The translations under genes and the position numbers were made by a program. The notes beneath the pieces were generated by a model that saw only the letters and a program-made list of their open reading frames with translations, did no database searches and was not told the DNA's origin. From assembly GCA_037142615.1 (NCBI GenBank), contig JBAXAI010000030.1, positions 1-43,646 of the forward strand: a stretch of 43,646 nucleotides of DNA, read 5' to 3'. This DNA comes from Spirochaetales bacterium. Lineage in GTDB: Bacteria; Spirochaetota; Spirochaetia; JABEVK01. Below, one piece after another: positions 8,927-18,853 of the stretch. Within the stretch, counting starts at the first letter, position 1, and the number at the start of each line of letters is the position of its first letter.

Positions 8927-9471
8927 AGTCCTCCCTGGCCCGTCAGCGGAATGGCCAGATAATTCCATCCGTCCCTCGAATCGAGGAACCGGTAGTGATT
9001 GTTTTCGTAGACGCCGGGGAAGAAGACGACCAATCGCCCCTTCACCCCCGAGGAAATCTTCTCAACGACTTCGGAAAGACGGAGAAAACCAAAGAGCCCC
9101 GGAGTCCCCGTCAGCGCCAACACATCCTGCGGTCCCACCTCGGCGGCCACATTGTGAATCCGTCCGATCACCCAATCGCCAAACTCCGAATCAAGATTGT
9201 TCAGGAGGGCCTCGGGGTTTTTGAAGTAGGCATTGCGGTGCTTGTGGCCCGCGATCCATTGCGAAAAGAACGTGCTGAGGTCGATAGACTTCCACCCATG
9301 ACCTTCGGCTTCGGTGGCCAGCTGGAATTCGGCGGCCTTCTCGGCCATGAGGCGTTCTTCAGCCTTGTTGTAGATTAAGAAGATCACCCGTTCCTTGGCC
9401 GACAAGCCGCCCTTCCACGGCAGCGAGATCTGATCCTTATATTCTTTGAGGAGGAAATCCAACCTAGACAT
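8923..9471 (-). CDS. brxB: BREX protein BrxB (DUF1788-like)
   Basis: MSRLDFLL start (ATG 9471); LFGFLRLSEV and GRLVVFFPGVYENNHYRFLDSRDGWNYLAIP; immediately before brxC. Confidence 0.87.
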   Translation of the reverse strand: MSRLDFLLKEYKDQISLPWKGGLSAKERVIFLIYNKAEERLMAEKAAEFQLATEAEGHGWKSIDLSTFFSQWIAGHKHRNAYFKNPEALLNNLDSEFGDWVIGRIHNVAAEVGPQDVLALTGTPGLFGFLRLSEVVEKISSGVKGRLVVFFPGVYENNHYRFLDSRDGWNYLAIPLTGQGGL

Positions 9472-10249
9472 GAAGGGGGCTCCTTTGGAAGCCCCATTCC
9501 TTTTCTTGGGATGTGAACCACTTGGGCAACCGGATCTCGAGGATGCCACCGGCATTCCGGTATTCGATGGACCCCCGCTGGCGAGCCGCCTGGAGCAGGT
9601 TTTCCTTGTCGGTCAGGCTCAATTCCAAGGAAGCAACCGAGGGGCATTCCAGTAACCGTTGGTCTTGGTAGCCTTCGACAATCCCGATCCACAGGGCAAG
9701 TGTCAGGGCCTCGGCAGTCACCACAGGGCGAGTTCTGACCTTCTGTGCCGAGAGAAACCCTGCCTGACTCCAACTGGAGCGAATGCTCCGGGAAGCAGAG
9801 CGCCGGGTGGTCGGTTGAAGCGTGTCACCGAAGGTCAGGGCGAGGAAGTCCTCGACAGTCTTCGCGGCGATGACCTCGTTAATGGTGGTCTTGGTGATGA
9901 TCTGGTGGACGGCCTTGAGCACAGGGTCACGAGCGACCGCGATGAGAAACGCCAGCAAAGGTCTTCCCGGTTGGTCGGCGGCCCAGAGCTGGCGGAACGT
10001 TCGGAACAAGGGGACCTTGTCGTCCAGACCATAGAGGGTCGCCAGCTTTCCATACGTGATCTGCCGGGTCGAAACTGTCGGCTTGCCAAGACAATTCTCT
10101 TCGACCACGGCCGCCTTCAGGTCGGTGGAAGGCTCAGTGGCCAGCAACCCCATGAGAATCGTGAGGTCTTCGAGCATGAGCGTTCGACTCAGGTGTACAC
10201 TGCCGCCCGTCGGACGGAAACCCATTCGGAGTTGCTTCTCGGCGGTCAT
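9464..10249 (-). CDS. brxA: BREX BrxA-like protein (first gene of the operon)
   Basis: 261 aa; SRTLML, VEENCLGKPTVSTR, SSWSQAGFL. Position before brxB with an 8-nt overlap. Symbol partly positional. Confidence 0.7.
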   Translation of the reverse strand: MTAEKQLRMGFRPTGGSVHLSRTLMLEDLTILMGLLATEPSTDLKAAVVEENCLGKPTVSTRQITYGKLATLYGLDDKVPLFRTFRQLWAADQPGRPLLAFLIAVARDPVLKAVHQIITKTTINEVIAAKTVEDFLALTFGDTLQPTTRRSASRSIRSSWSQAGFLSAQKVRTRPVVTAEALTLALWIGIVEGYQDQRLLECPSVASLELSLTDKENLLQAARQRGSIEYRNAGGILEIRLPKWFTSQEKEWGFQRSPLHV

Positions 10250-10484
10250 TTACTTGGGAGCCTCTCAGAACCCATAATGCACGATTCTGTCCAGTTTGGC
10301 ACGAGATTTCTCGTTCATCGAGAGAACAGGCCTGTCGTCGCTGCGGTGAAGCCCGCTTGGCCCTTCAACACTGCTCGTCGGCCTTGCAGGGCCCGGCGAA
10401 CCGCTTAGGCAAAAGGAGCAGCGCCTTTTTTGGGAGCCGTGGCAGGAAACCCCGGTCTATCACGACCTTTGAGCCGCGACAAAG

Positions 10485-11615
10485 TTATTCGAACTGGTAG
10501 TACTTAACGGGAATCGAGCCGTTCACGAGGTCGCGCACCACGTAGGGTTGACGGTCGATCTGTTGGGCAAACCCTTCCAGCGAGGTCAGAACCCCGATCT
10601 TCCACCCCGGGAAGTCTGCCGCGAAGTGCCGCATTTGGCGCGAAAGGTTTTCGGCGTGTGCTCGCGTTTCCAGCCGCTCACCGTAGGGAGGGTTGCAGAT
10701 CAAGAAGCCCCGTTCGCCGGGTTGGGCCCCCCTTACCGTTTCGGCACGGGCCTCTTCCATCGAAAGGTGCTCCAACTGAATGGCTTCTTCATGGCCCAGA
10801 TTGCGCAGGTTCGACCGCGCCATTTCGAGGACCCGTCCATCTTTGTCGCTGCCGCAAATGCGCACGCGATGGCTAAAGTCGATGCGGCTGCGCCCCTCGT
10901 CGCGCAGAATCTTCCAGTCGAGGGCCTGATGCGGCACCAGGTGCTCAAAGCTGAACGCACGGCCCAGCCCGGGTGGCATGTCGTAGGCGAACTGCAACGC
11001 CTCGGCGAGAATTGTCCCCGAGCCGCACAAAGGGTCGTAGAGCGGGTACTTGCGACGCCAACCCGAAAACAACAGCAGAGCGGCAGCTAGGTTCTCTTTC
11101 AGGGGGGCTTCGCCGGCCTGCTTGCGGTAACCACGATTGTGCAAGGCCGGTCCGGTGGTATCGACGGCAGCGAGCGCTTCATCGCACTCCAAGTACACCC
11201 GGAGCCCCGTTTGCGGCCCCACCTGCGGCAGAGTGCGCAACCCCCAGCGGTCGGCGAGACGTTGGAACACGGCCTTTTGAACCATACCCTGAACCGTGGG
11301 AACCGAGGTCAGTTTCGACTTGAAGGTTTTGACTTTTTCGACCACGATGGTGGTGTGGGGCGACAGCCAGTCTTCCCACGGCAGGGCCGACAGCCCTTCA
11401 AACAACTGGTCAAAGTCTCCGGCCGGAAAGCGCCCGATCTGCACCAAAATGCGTTCCGCCGTGCGCAGGTGGAGGTTGGCCTTGTACACGGCCTCCCAGG
11501 GTCCGTCGAAGAAGACCTTGCCGGCCGCGCTGTTGGTGACGGTGTAGCCTAGGTGCTTGATCTCGTCGCGCAGGAGTTTTTCGATGCCGAATGGACACAG
11601 GGCGATGAGATTCAT
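10485..11615 (-). CDS. THUMP-domain RNA methyltransferase (RlmL/YpsC-like)
   Basis: ANLHLRTAERI, LHNRGYR, APLKENLAAALL, DPLCGSGT, NPPYGER. Confidence 0.9.
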   Translation of the reverse strand: MNLIALCPFGIEKLLRDEIKHLGYTVTNSAAGKVFFDGPWEAVYKANLHLRTAERILVQIGRFPAGDFDQLFEGLSALPWEDWLSPHTTIVVEKVKTFKSKLTSVPTVQGMVQKAVFQRLADRWGLRTLPQVGPQTGLRVYLECDEALAAVDTTGPALHNRGYRKQAGEAPLKENLAAALLLFSGWRRKYPLYDPLCGSGTILAEALQFAYDMPPGLGRAFSFEHLVPHQALDWKILRDEGRSRIDFSHRVRICGSDKDGRVLEMARSNLRNLGHEEAIQLEHLSMEEARAETVRGAQPGERGFLICNPPYGERLETRAHAENLSRQMRHFAADFPGWKIGVLTSLEGFAQQIDRQPYVVRDLVNGSIPVKYYQFE

Positions 11616-11629
11616 CGGGCCAACCTAGC

Positions 11630-12478
11630 ATGGACGCCTTCCCCGAGTCCATGAACCGGCGTCCCAGAGCCTTCGAGCCGCTCGATGGCCTTTTCTGGGC
11701 CGACCCCTGGATCGCTGGCCATGTACTCTACGCCCACCTCGACGGTCGAAGCGATGACGCCAGCCGACCTCTGGCCGTCATCAAAAAAGAGGTCGCTTGG
11801 GTGTGCTCGCTGGCCGGTGCCAAGGGGCCCGGCACCCCGGGCAAAGTTCTTGACCTCGGTTGCGGCCCGGGGCTCCACGGTCTGTTGTTTTCACAGCGGG
11901 GCTGGCAGGTGACAGGCATCGATGCTTCTCCGGCTGCTATCGAGTATGCGAAAAGTGAAACCCGCGACGCGGGCCTCGGGGCCGACTACCGGACCGGCAA
12001 CTTTATGACCGACCAGTTTCCGGCGGAGCAGGACTTGGTGCTCTTGGCCTACGGCACGCTGGGCACGCTCTCACCGTCGCAGGTTCGGCGCTTGATCGCC
12101 AAGTGCCGCATGGCCCTTCGTCCGGGCGGCCTCTTGGTGCTCGACACCTTCCGCCAGCCTTGGTGGCAGCGGCAAAGGGAGTCTGCACCAGACCGAACCT
12201 GGGACCTGGTTCACGCTGACGGCTTCTGGTCACCCGGCGAGCACCTTGTCTTGACCCGCACGTATGCGTATTCTGTTCTGAGGACCTTCGGTCGTATTTA
12301 CACCGTGGTTGAGCCCGCCAGGGTGCGTCAATTCCCGTTCTGGTACCGTTGGTACGAGCCGGAGCACTTGTCCGCCCTGCTGGATGGGTGGTGCCTTCGG
12401 TTCACCGGGAACCTGAGCGGGATTCCCCTGAAGTCCGGTTCGTCTTGGGTAGCCGTGGCCGCCACGCGGCAGGAGTAG
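11630..12478 (+). CDS. Class I SAM-dependent methyltransferase
   Basis: VLDLGCGPG, VTGIDAS, ALRPGGLLVLD. Start could instead be ATG 11651. Confidence 0.85.
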   Translation: MDAFPESMNRRPRAFEPLDGLFWADPWIAGHVLYAHLDGRSDDASRPLAVIKKEVAWVCSLAGAKGPGTPGKVLDLGCGPGLHGLLFSQRGWQVTGIDASPAAIEYAKSETRDAGLGADYRTGNFMTDQFPAEQDLVLLAYGTLGTLSPSQVRRLIAKCRMALRPGGLLVLDTFRQPWWQRQRESAPDRTWDLVHADGFWSPGEHLVLTRTYAYSVLRTFGRIYTVVEPARVRQFPFWYRWYEPEHLSALLDGWCLRFTGNLSGIPLKSGSSWVAVAATRQE

Positions 12479-12481
12479 TCT

Positions 12482-13633
12482 TTGGCTCTGGAAAGTCTTT
12501 TCGGAATCACCAGGTTTCCCGTCTTCCTCGAAGCTCTGGTCGAAAATCAGGACTACCGGAAAGTCTTGCATCGGCCCCTGGAGCTCATCCTCGAGGCCGA
12601 AAGAGGCCCCTTGGTCGTGAAGGATTGGGTGAACTTCTGGGAAAACCCCCGCACCCAGGAAGGGCCGTCGCTCAGTCCGCACTCCTGGCGCCGCCTATCG
12701 CAGTTCGATACGGACGAAGCCCAGGTGGTGTTGCGTTGGCTGCTCGACCGGGTCATCCGGGAGTTTGGCCCCGGCACCAAAAAGCGGGGTCTGAAGCCGG
12801 CGCTCGATCTGCTGTCCATCGTTCTGCACGAACTGGCCCGCGAAACGGATCCCGAGGTGTTTGTTGACCTGATGGAGCAGTACCTTCCCATCGCGCAAGA
12901 ACCATTGGTGGCCTGCGATCTGTACCAGTGGCTGTTCAGCACCACCTTTGATCCCGACAATCCCGGCCTCGACTCGTATCTGCTGGCGGTCCAGGGGCTC
13001 GAGAAGGCAACCCTGGCTGGCGACAGCGAGCGCATCGGCTGGAATGCCTATAACCTTGTCACCTACCACTCGTTTTTTGACGCCGCCGAGGCGCACCGGG
13101 TGCTCGAAAAATACCTCGAGCACTTTCAGGACGACCGCTTCCACGATGCGCTCGGCAATATCGCCCTCAAGTATCTGGACGACGACAAAATTGAGCTGGG
13201 CAAGGCCTACCTCGAGAGCGTGTGGTTCTACACGCTGCGGCTTTCCACGCAGGAAGATCTGGCCGGCCTTCGAAGCATCGGCTTCAATCTGGTCTACGAT
13301 GCCCTCAACCTGGCGTGGGAGCACTACGAAGCCAGCGAGTTTGCCCGGGCCATCGCGGTGCTGAATCCTCTGACGGCGATTTTGGTGCGCGAACGGCAGG
13401 GGTTCCTTGAGGCCGCGCGCGATCTGGGAACCAAACCGGTTGACTGGGCCTACCAATATTTTGTGCACCTGGCCGAGTGCTACCTGTGGCTTTACGCCTG
13501 CCATGAAGAACTCGGCCGCGAAGAGAGGGCCCAGGATCTGCTGGCTGAGTTCCAGCGCCTGAAGCAAAATTGCCCCTTCGATTTGGAAACGATCGCCAAG
13601 GAGTTTTTTCAGGAGCGAGAGAACTCGGACTGA
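12482..13633 (+). CDS. Hypothetical all-helical, possibly TPR-like protein
   Basis: 383-aa ORF, TTG start after AGGAG, follows the methyltransferase by 3 nt. Confidence 0.7.
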   Translation: MALESLFGITRFPVFLEALVENQDYRKVLHRPLELILEAERGPLVVKDWVNFWENPRTQEGPSLSPHSWRRLSQFDTDEAQVVLRWLLDRVIREFGPGTKKRGLKPALDLLSIVLHELARETDPEVFVDLMEQYLPIAQEPLVACDLYQWLFSTTFDPDNPGLDSYLLAVQGLEKATLAGDSERIGWNAYNLVTYHSFFDAAEAHRVLEKYLEHFQDDRFHDALGNIALKYLDDDKIELGKAYLESVWFYTLRLSTQEDLAGLRSIGFNLVYDALNLAWEHYEASEFARAIAVLNPLTAILVRERQGFLEAARDLGTKPVDWAYQYFVHLAECYLWLYACHEELGREERAQDLLAEFQRLKQNCPFDLETIAKEFFQERENSD

Positions 13634-13640
13634 CGCCGGG

Positions 13641-15458
13641 TCAGTCCTTCTTCAGGGTATCCTTGAAACTCGACCACGCGGTTTCGCGTTCCTTGTCGTT
13701 GTACTGCTTGGCCACCACTGGTTTTTCTTTTTCGGGTTCTTTGGGAGCCGAGGTGCGCGACGCCGCGTCACTTTGCTTGCGGCTGCGCCATTCCTGACGC
13801 CGCTTCTTCTTCTCTTCGGGACTCAGGTTTTCCAAAGATCGGTCGTCGTCCAGCGTCGGCGCCAAGCCAGTTCCGGCCCGCTTCACGCCTGGCAAGCCTT
13901 GTTTGGCCTCTTTGGGGAGCGCCAGAGCCCGAAACTCCTCGGCCTGGATGCGGTAGCGACCGGTCAACCGGCGCCAGAACTGGGAAAACACCGACAGGCG
14001 TCGGAACGAGTTCTCAAACAGGTAGGACACATCGAGGCCGTAGATTTCCTGCAACCGGCGAAAGGTCATGACACCGGGCTTGTAGAAGGCCACCATGAGG
14101 TCTTTCATGTCTTCTACCGAGGCGAGGCCCAGATTGGTGCGCCCGTGGTGGATCAGGGCTTCGGCGAGAAGCTTGGGTTTGCCGATCAGCTCATGGACCA
14201 TCGGGTCGGCCTTTTCGGTCCACTCGGCCAATGAGCGATCCAGGTTTTCCAAGTTGAGAAAGGAAATCTCACCGGAATTGCCCGGGCGCCTCAGGCGATG
14301 GTCCATCTTGACCAGGTAGTCCTGAATCAGCAGCGGTCGCAGGCTTTCAAAACGACGCAGGAACTCCTTGTAGAGGTTGTTTCGGTGGACCAGCCCGGAC
14401 TTGAGGGCTACCAGCGGGGCGATCGACACCTTCTGGGTGGTCTGCGTGTATTGGGTCATGAAGTCTTCCCGAAAGGCCTCAAACCGGTCGCCGTACTTGT
14501 CTTTGCACAGCAGGCTGAGATGGCTTTCGAGTTCCTGAGGTGGCATGATGACTTCTTTGTCGTGGAGCACCAGCCGCTCGACCTCTCGCATGTCGACCTC
14601 GCGTTGCTGGGCCTCTTCCTTGTTCTTTTTGATCTCGTCAAGCTGGTTTGTCAGATAGCTGAAGAACATCTCCGCCGCCTGAAAAAAGGCGACGTCAAGG
14701 TGCAGGCGCCGATCGGCAAGCAGGTCGTCCCGATGCAGCAGCAGGGCTTCGGTGAGTCCCCTCCAAAAGCCAGACTCTTTGTCATCGAGGCGCTTGGTTA
14801 CATCGCTCAGGCCCAGATTGAGCAGGCGGGAAGCGGCGGCGGTCACCTCGGGGTTCTTGAGCACAAAACGGAGTTTGGCCGACGAGAACGTCAGCAACGT
14901 CGCCAGCGACTGGCTCGTCACGAGCACCTGTTCGGTCTGCAAGGTCAAGAACAGCAACTTCTCGGTCTTGGCCAAGGCCTCGATCGAGTTCTTCGAGATC
15001 CGCGACAGGGCGACCTCTTCGATGGACGAGGTGGGCAGCAGAATTTCGCGGGACTTGAGGAGCGCAACGGTCAGGTAGGGGTTGCGGGGATTGTCGCAGG
15101 CCTGCTGAGCCAGATCCTGCACAAAGTGGAACCAGTAGCGCTCGGCGCCCTCGTCGCACAGGATGATGTCTTTGGGAACCCGCTCGCCCTTGTCGTTCTT
15201 GCGGTAGGTGAAGTGGGCCATGCGTGCGGTCTTGAGGCGCCCCACGAGGTTCTCGACCTCGTGGCCGGCGTGGGCAAACTGCGCCGTGCGCCCGGCAACA
15301 AACTGGTCAAAGTCGATCAGCGGCCGCCACGTGCTACAAAGCTGATGGAACAACTCTCGCTGAGTCGGGGCCGTAACTCCATATTGGGAAAGAAATTCTT
15401 CTCGCTGCTTCTTGTCAAACCTGATGTAGGCCGGGGGCTCGGGAGCGACGTCTGCCAT
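13641..15458 (-). CDS. Hypothetical protein with charged C-terminal tail
   Basis: Long ORF with natural composition; start adjusted to ATG 15458 (MADVAPEPP). Confidence 0.75.
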   Translation of the reverse strand: MADVAPEPPAYIRFDKKQREEFLSQYGVTAPTQRELFHQLCSTWRPLIDFDQFVAGRTAQFAHAGHEVENLVGRLKTARMAHFTYRKNDKGERVPKDIILCDEGAERYWFHFVQDLAQQACDNPRNPYLTVALLKSREILLPTSSIEEVALSRISKNSIEALAKTEKLLFLTLQTEQVLVTSQSLATLLTFSSAKLRFVLKNPEVTAAASRLLNLGLSDVTKRLDDKESGFWRGLTEALLLHRDDLLADRRLHLDVAFFQAAEMFFSYLTNQLDEIKKNKEEAQQREVDMREVERLVLHDKEVIMPPQELESHLSLLCKDKYGDRFEAFREDFMTQYTQTTQKVSIAPLVALKSGLVHRNNLYKEFLRRFESLRPLLIQDYLVKMDHRLRRPGNSGEISFLNLENLDRSLAEWTEKADPMVHELIGKPKLLAEALIHHGRTNLGLASVEDMKDLMVAFYKPGVMTFRRLQEIYGLDVSYLFENSFRRLSVFSQFWRRLTGRYRIQAEEFRALALPKEAKQGLPGVKRAGTGLAPTLDDDRSLENLSPEEKKKRRQEWRSRKQSDAASRTSAPKEPEKEKPVVAKQYNDKERETAWSSFKDTLKKD

Positions 15459-15520
15459 AGACCTAATATACCACAATCCCTTGAATAAGGAACAGGCACC
15501 GGACTATACTCAGCCCCACC

Positions 15521-16036
15521 ATGAGCGATTCTTTGGAAGACTTTTCCGGCAACGACAAACACTACAAGATGCTGAGAAAAGCCTTGAAAGAGATGAATAT
15601 CGCTTTGTGGAACGAGTTTGCGGCTGCCGCAGGACCCCGGTTCCGGGCCGATCTGCGGGGCATGGACCTCAGCGGCCAAAACCTCAGCGGAGCCAAATTG
15701 CGGGGAGCCCGGCTCGAAAAGGCCAACCTCGACAGGGCCAACCTCACCGGAGCCGACCTTACCGAGGCAACGCTGACCGGAGCCTCACTCCGCGAAGCCA
15801 TCCTCGAGGGCACCAAGCTCAAGGTTCCCGCGAAAGTCTCGGTCCGCAAAGCACCTGAGCCCGACATCTCGGAGCTCGATCCCGAAGCTCGCCGCCACCG
15901 CAAGCTCGAGCAACAGCGCGAGCAGGCCGTCGCCTTTTTGGAGTCGAGCAAGAAGAAAGAAGAAGCGCTGATCGAGCAGAAGGCCAGGGTCAAGGCCAAA
16001 AACAACCCCTCCCCCTTCACCAACACCAGCCGCTAG
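15521..16036 (+). CDS. Pentapeptide-repeat protein
   Basis: ADLRG MDLSG QNLSG AKLRG ARLEK ANLDR ANLTG ADLTE ATLTG ASLRE AILEG repeats. Confidence 0.9.
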   Translation: MSDSLEDFSGNDKHYKMLRKALKEMNIALWNEFAAAAGPRFRADLRGMDLSGQNLSGAKLRGARLEKANLDRANLTGADLTEATLTGASLREAILEGTKLKVPAKVSVRKAPEPDISELDPEARRHRKLEQQREQAVAFLESSKKKEEALIEQKARVKAKNNPSPFTNTSR

Positions 16037-16291
16037 AATCGGGGTTTTGGCGTCGCCTCCTCCTCACTCGGATCCTCACATACCTCACGTATGCTGCGGT
16101 CCTCGCATCGTCGTCGGCCTAGCCAAAACCCCGATTCTAGCGGCTGAATTTTGGACGCTCGGGAGTTTGGCGTCGCCTCCTCCTCACTCGGATCCTCACA
16201 TACCTCACGTATGCTGCGGTCCTCGCATCGTCGTCGGCCTAGCCAAAACCCCGATTCTAGCGGCTGAATTTTGGACGCTCGGGGTTTTGGC
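16027..16291. repeat. Tandem 120-bp hairpin element (MITE/ERIC-like), two copies plus a stub
   Basis: 16046-16163 is identical to 16166-16283. Perfect 25-bp inverted repeat at 16027-16051 / 16122-16146. Lies between convergent genes. Confidence 0.9.
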
Positions 16292-16293
16292 GG

Positions 16294-16758
16294 CTACACG
16301 AGGTTGGGCCAGCCGAGTTGGCGTAGGGCTTCGTAGGTGACGACGGCGACGGCGTTGCTGAGGTTGAGTGACCGGGTTCCGGGGCGCATGGGCAGGCGGA
16401 TCTGGCGGTCGGGGTGCGCGTCGAGCAGGCTAGCCGGCAGGCCCGCAGTCTCTTTGCCAAAGACGAGAAAGTCCCCGTCGCAAAACGATGCCCGATCGGG
16501 AGCGAGGTTGCCCTTGGTGGAGTTGAGCCACAGCCTTTCATGCCCGTGGAGCGCCAAGAACTCGGCGAGACTTTCGTGGTAGTGGATGGTCACGTCTTTC
16601 CAATAGTCGAGGCCTGCCCGCTTGAGGTGCTTGTCGGTCACCGTGAAGCCCAAGGGCTTCACCAGATGCAACACGCTTCCTGTGGCGGCGCAGGTTCGGG
16701 CGATATTGCCCGTGTTCTGCGGGATTTCCGGCTCAACGAGCACGATGTTCAGACTCAT
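16294..16758 (-). CDS. trmL: tRNA (cytidine/uridine-34 2'-O)-methyltransferase TrmL
   Basis: PEIPQNTGNIARTC, KRAGLDYW, FGKETAGLP, RSLNLSNAVAV. Confidence 0.95.
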   Translation of the reverse strand: MSLNIVLVEPEIPQNTGNIARTCAATGSVLHLVKPLGFTVTDKHLKRAGLDYWKDVTIHYHESLAEFLALHGHERLWLNSTKGNLAPDRASFCDGDFLVFGKETAGLPASLLDAHPDRQIRLPMRPGTRSLNLSNAVAVVTYEALRQLGWPNLV

Positions 16759-16773
16759 GGCTGAGAACCCCCG

Positions 16774-18810
16774 TCAGTCAATCTTCTGGATGAGGTTGAT
16801 GCTGGGAACCGCGCGCAGGGCCTTGAGGATTTTCTGCACGTCCTCCTTGTGCTCGAGCTCCATGGTGAAGGCGCCGATGAGGTGGCCCTGGTGGTCGTCT
16901 TCGAGCTTGCCCTCGATCAGGTGGCCCTTGTACTTGCGCACGGCGCTTTCGATCTCGCTGAACAGGTCGGCACCGCGCTTGGCCACGATACGGAAACGGC
17001 GGGTGACGAAGGGACTGACGGTCTCCCACTCCACTTCGATCTGCCTGTCATCAATGCCGGGGATGTGTTTGACGTTGGGGCAGTCGTCGCGGTGAATGGT
17101 GATGCCCCGGCCGCGGCTGACGAAGCCGACAATGGCGTCACCGGTGACCGGGTTGCAGCACTGGGCGAACCGGATCAGCACGTTGCGCTGATCCTCGATC
17201 CGCACGCCGACCTTGCTGGAGTCGAGGATGCGCTGAGTGGGCAGCGGCGGGTCTTCGGGCCGGACGATGCTCGGCGTGGGGGCGGGCGGCTGGTTTGGCG
17301 GCGGGGTCGCCTCTTGGCGCGAAGTTTTGGCGACGATGTTCTTGTCGATGACCAAGCTGTCGTCGTTGTGGGCCAGCCAGTGGCGGATCTTGCCCCGGGC
17401 CCCCTTGGTGGCCACACTACGCAGCCAGTTCACGTGCGGGTGCGCCTGGGGGTGGGTGACGATCTCGATCACCTGGGTGTTCTTGAGCGGCTGTCCCAGC
17501 GCGATGATGCTGCCGTCGGCCTTGGCGGCCATGGTCTTGTTCCCGACTTCGGTATGGATGGCGTAGGCAAAGTCGAGCGCGGTGGAGCCTGCCGGTAGCT
17601 CGATGACTTTCCCTTTGGGTGTAAAGACATAAATGGCGTCTTTGAGAAGCTCGCCCTTGATCTCGCTCAGGAAGTCGTCGCCGCCCGAGCCGGCGTCCTG
17701 CCACAACTTCAGGCGGCTGAGGATGGCAAAGTCAGCGTTGGTCACCTTGCTGGTGTTCTTGTACAGCCAGTGGGCAGCGATGCCGAACTCGGCGGTGCGG
17801 TGCATGTCAAACGTACGGATCTGGATTTCTGTCAGGCGCCCGCCCCCGCCCATGACCGTCGTGTGAAGGCTCTGGTAGCCGTTGTCTTTGGGCATCGCGA
17901 TGTAGTCCTTGAAACGGCCCTCGATGGGTTTCCAGAGCTTGTGAACCACGCCCAGCAGGGTGTAGCAATCGGTGGGGTTGTCACAATAAATGCGCAGACC
18001 CAGCATGTCGAACACTTCGCCGAGGTCGCGGCCCTTTTTCCACTTGCTGTAGATCGAGTAGAAGTGCTTGGCGCGGGCGTCGATGGTGACTTCGAGGCCT
18101 TCTTCCCGGGCCCCCGCGAGCAGGTTTGCGCGCACATTCTCGAGGTAGGTCTCGCGCTCGCCACGCTTGGAGTCGACCCAGTCCTTGATCTGATAGTAGG
18201 CACCCTTGTCCAAGTGCTTGAGAGCCAAGTCCTCGAGGAGGTTCTTTAGGTTCGAGATCCCCAAACGGCCAGCCAGCGGCGCATAAATGTCGAGGCATTC
18301 GGTGGCGATACGGCGGATTTTCTCCTCGGGCAGGTGTTGCAGAGTGGTCATGTTATGCAGCTTGTCCGACAGCTTGATCATGATGACCCGGAGGTCTTTG
18401 ATCATGGCGAAGAACATTTTGCGGATGGTCTCGGCCTCTTGCACGCTCTTGGTTTTAGCGTGGAGGATGTGAATTTTGGTGACGCCGTCGACGAGGCTGA
18501 CCACTTCGCTGCCAAAGAGTGCTTCGACTTCGGCGGGCGTGGCGACGGTGTCTTCGAGCACATCATGGAGAAGCCCGGCGATGACCGTGGCAGCGTCCAT
18601 CTTCAATTCGGCCAGAATGGCAGCGACCTGGACAGGGTGAAAGATGTAAGGCTCACCCGAGGCCCGCTTCTGATCGCGGTGAAGGTCCTCAGCCCAAGTC
18701 ACTGCCTTGACCACCAGCAACTGTTCTTCCGCAGTAAAGTGGACAGTGCGTGCGAGGAACTCGGCCTTGAGCCCTTCCAGCGAGGACTGCTGTATGAGCA
18801 AACCTGTCAT
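16774..18810 (-). CDS. rel: Bifunctional (p)ppGpp synthetase/hydrolase Rel (RelA/SpoT)
   Basis: Intact HD motif (HDVLEDT), RFKDYIAMPKDNGYQSLHT, EIQIRT, TGS domain (DFAYAIHT), CC zinc finger, C-terminal ACT-like domain. Confidence 0.95.
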   Translation of the reverse strand: MTGLLIQQSSLEGLKAEFLARTVHFTAEEQLLVVKAVTWAEDLHRDQKRASGEPYIFHPVQVAAILAELKMDAATVIAGLLHDVLEDTVATPAEVEALFGSEVVSLVDGVTKIHILHAKTKSVQEAETIRKMFFAMIKDLRVIMIKLSDKLHNMTTLQHLPEEKIRRIATECLDIYAPLAGRLGISNLKNLLEDLALKHLDKGAYYQIKDWVDSKRGERETYLENVRANLLAGAREEGLEVTIDARAKHFYSIYSKWKKGRDLGEVFDMLGLRIYCDNPTDCYTLLGVVHKLWKPIEGRFKDYIAMPKDNGYQSLHTTVMGGGGRLTEIQIRTFDMHRTAEFGIAAHWLYKNTSKVTNADFAILSRLKLWQDAGSGGDDFLSEIKGELLKDAIYVFTPKGKVIELPAGSTALDFAYAIHTEVGNKTMAAKADGSIIALGQPLKNTQVIEIVTHPQAHPHVNWLRSVATKGARGKIRHWLAHNDDSLVIDKNIVAKTSRQEATPPPNQPPAPTPSIVRPEDPPLPTQRILDSSKVGVRIEDQRNVLIRFAQCCNPVTGDAIVGFVSRGRGITIHRDDCPNVKHIPGIDDRQIEVEWETVSPFVTRRFRIVAKRGADLFSEIESAVRKYKGHLIEGKLEDDHQGHLIGAFTMELEHKEDVQKILKALRAVPSINLIQKID

Positions 18811-18853
18811 AGAGAAGGAATAGTCCTTTTGAGGCGAGTGCGCAAGGCCCGGT

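Noticed and set aside
10250-10484. brxR, integrase, tRNA or att site at the BREX boundary
   Set aside because: None recognisable; only a weak AAAAGG...CCTTTT hairpin near 10411-10431.
16047-16340. 97-aa ORF with a duplicated peptide
   Set aside because: Translation of the 120-bp DNA repeat; overlaps trmL antisense.
17230-17320. Pro-rich segment in Rel as a possible insertion or intein
   Set aside because: Low-complexity linker between the TGS and zinc-finger regions; no splicing motifs.
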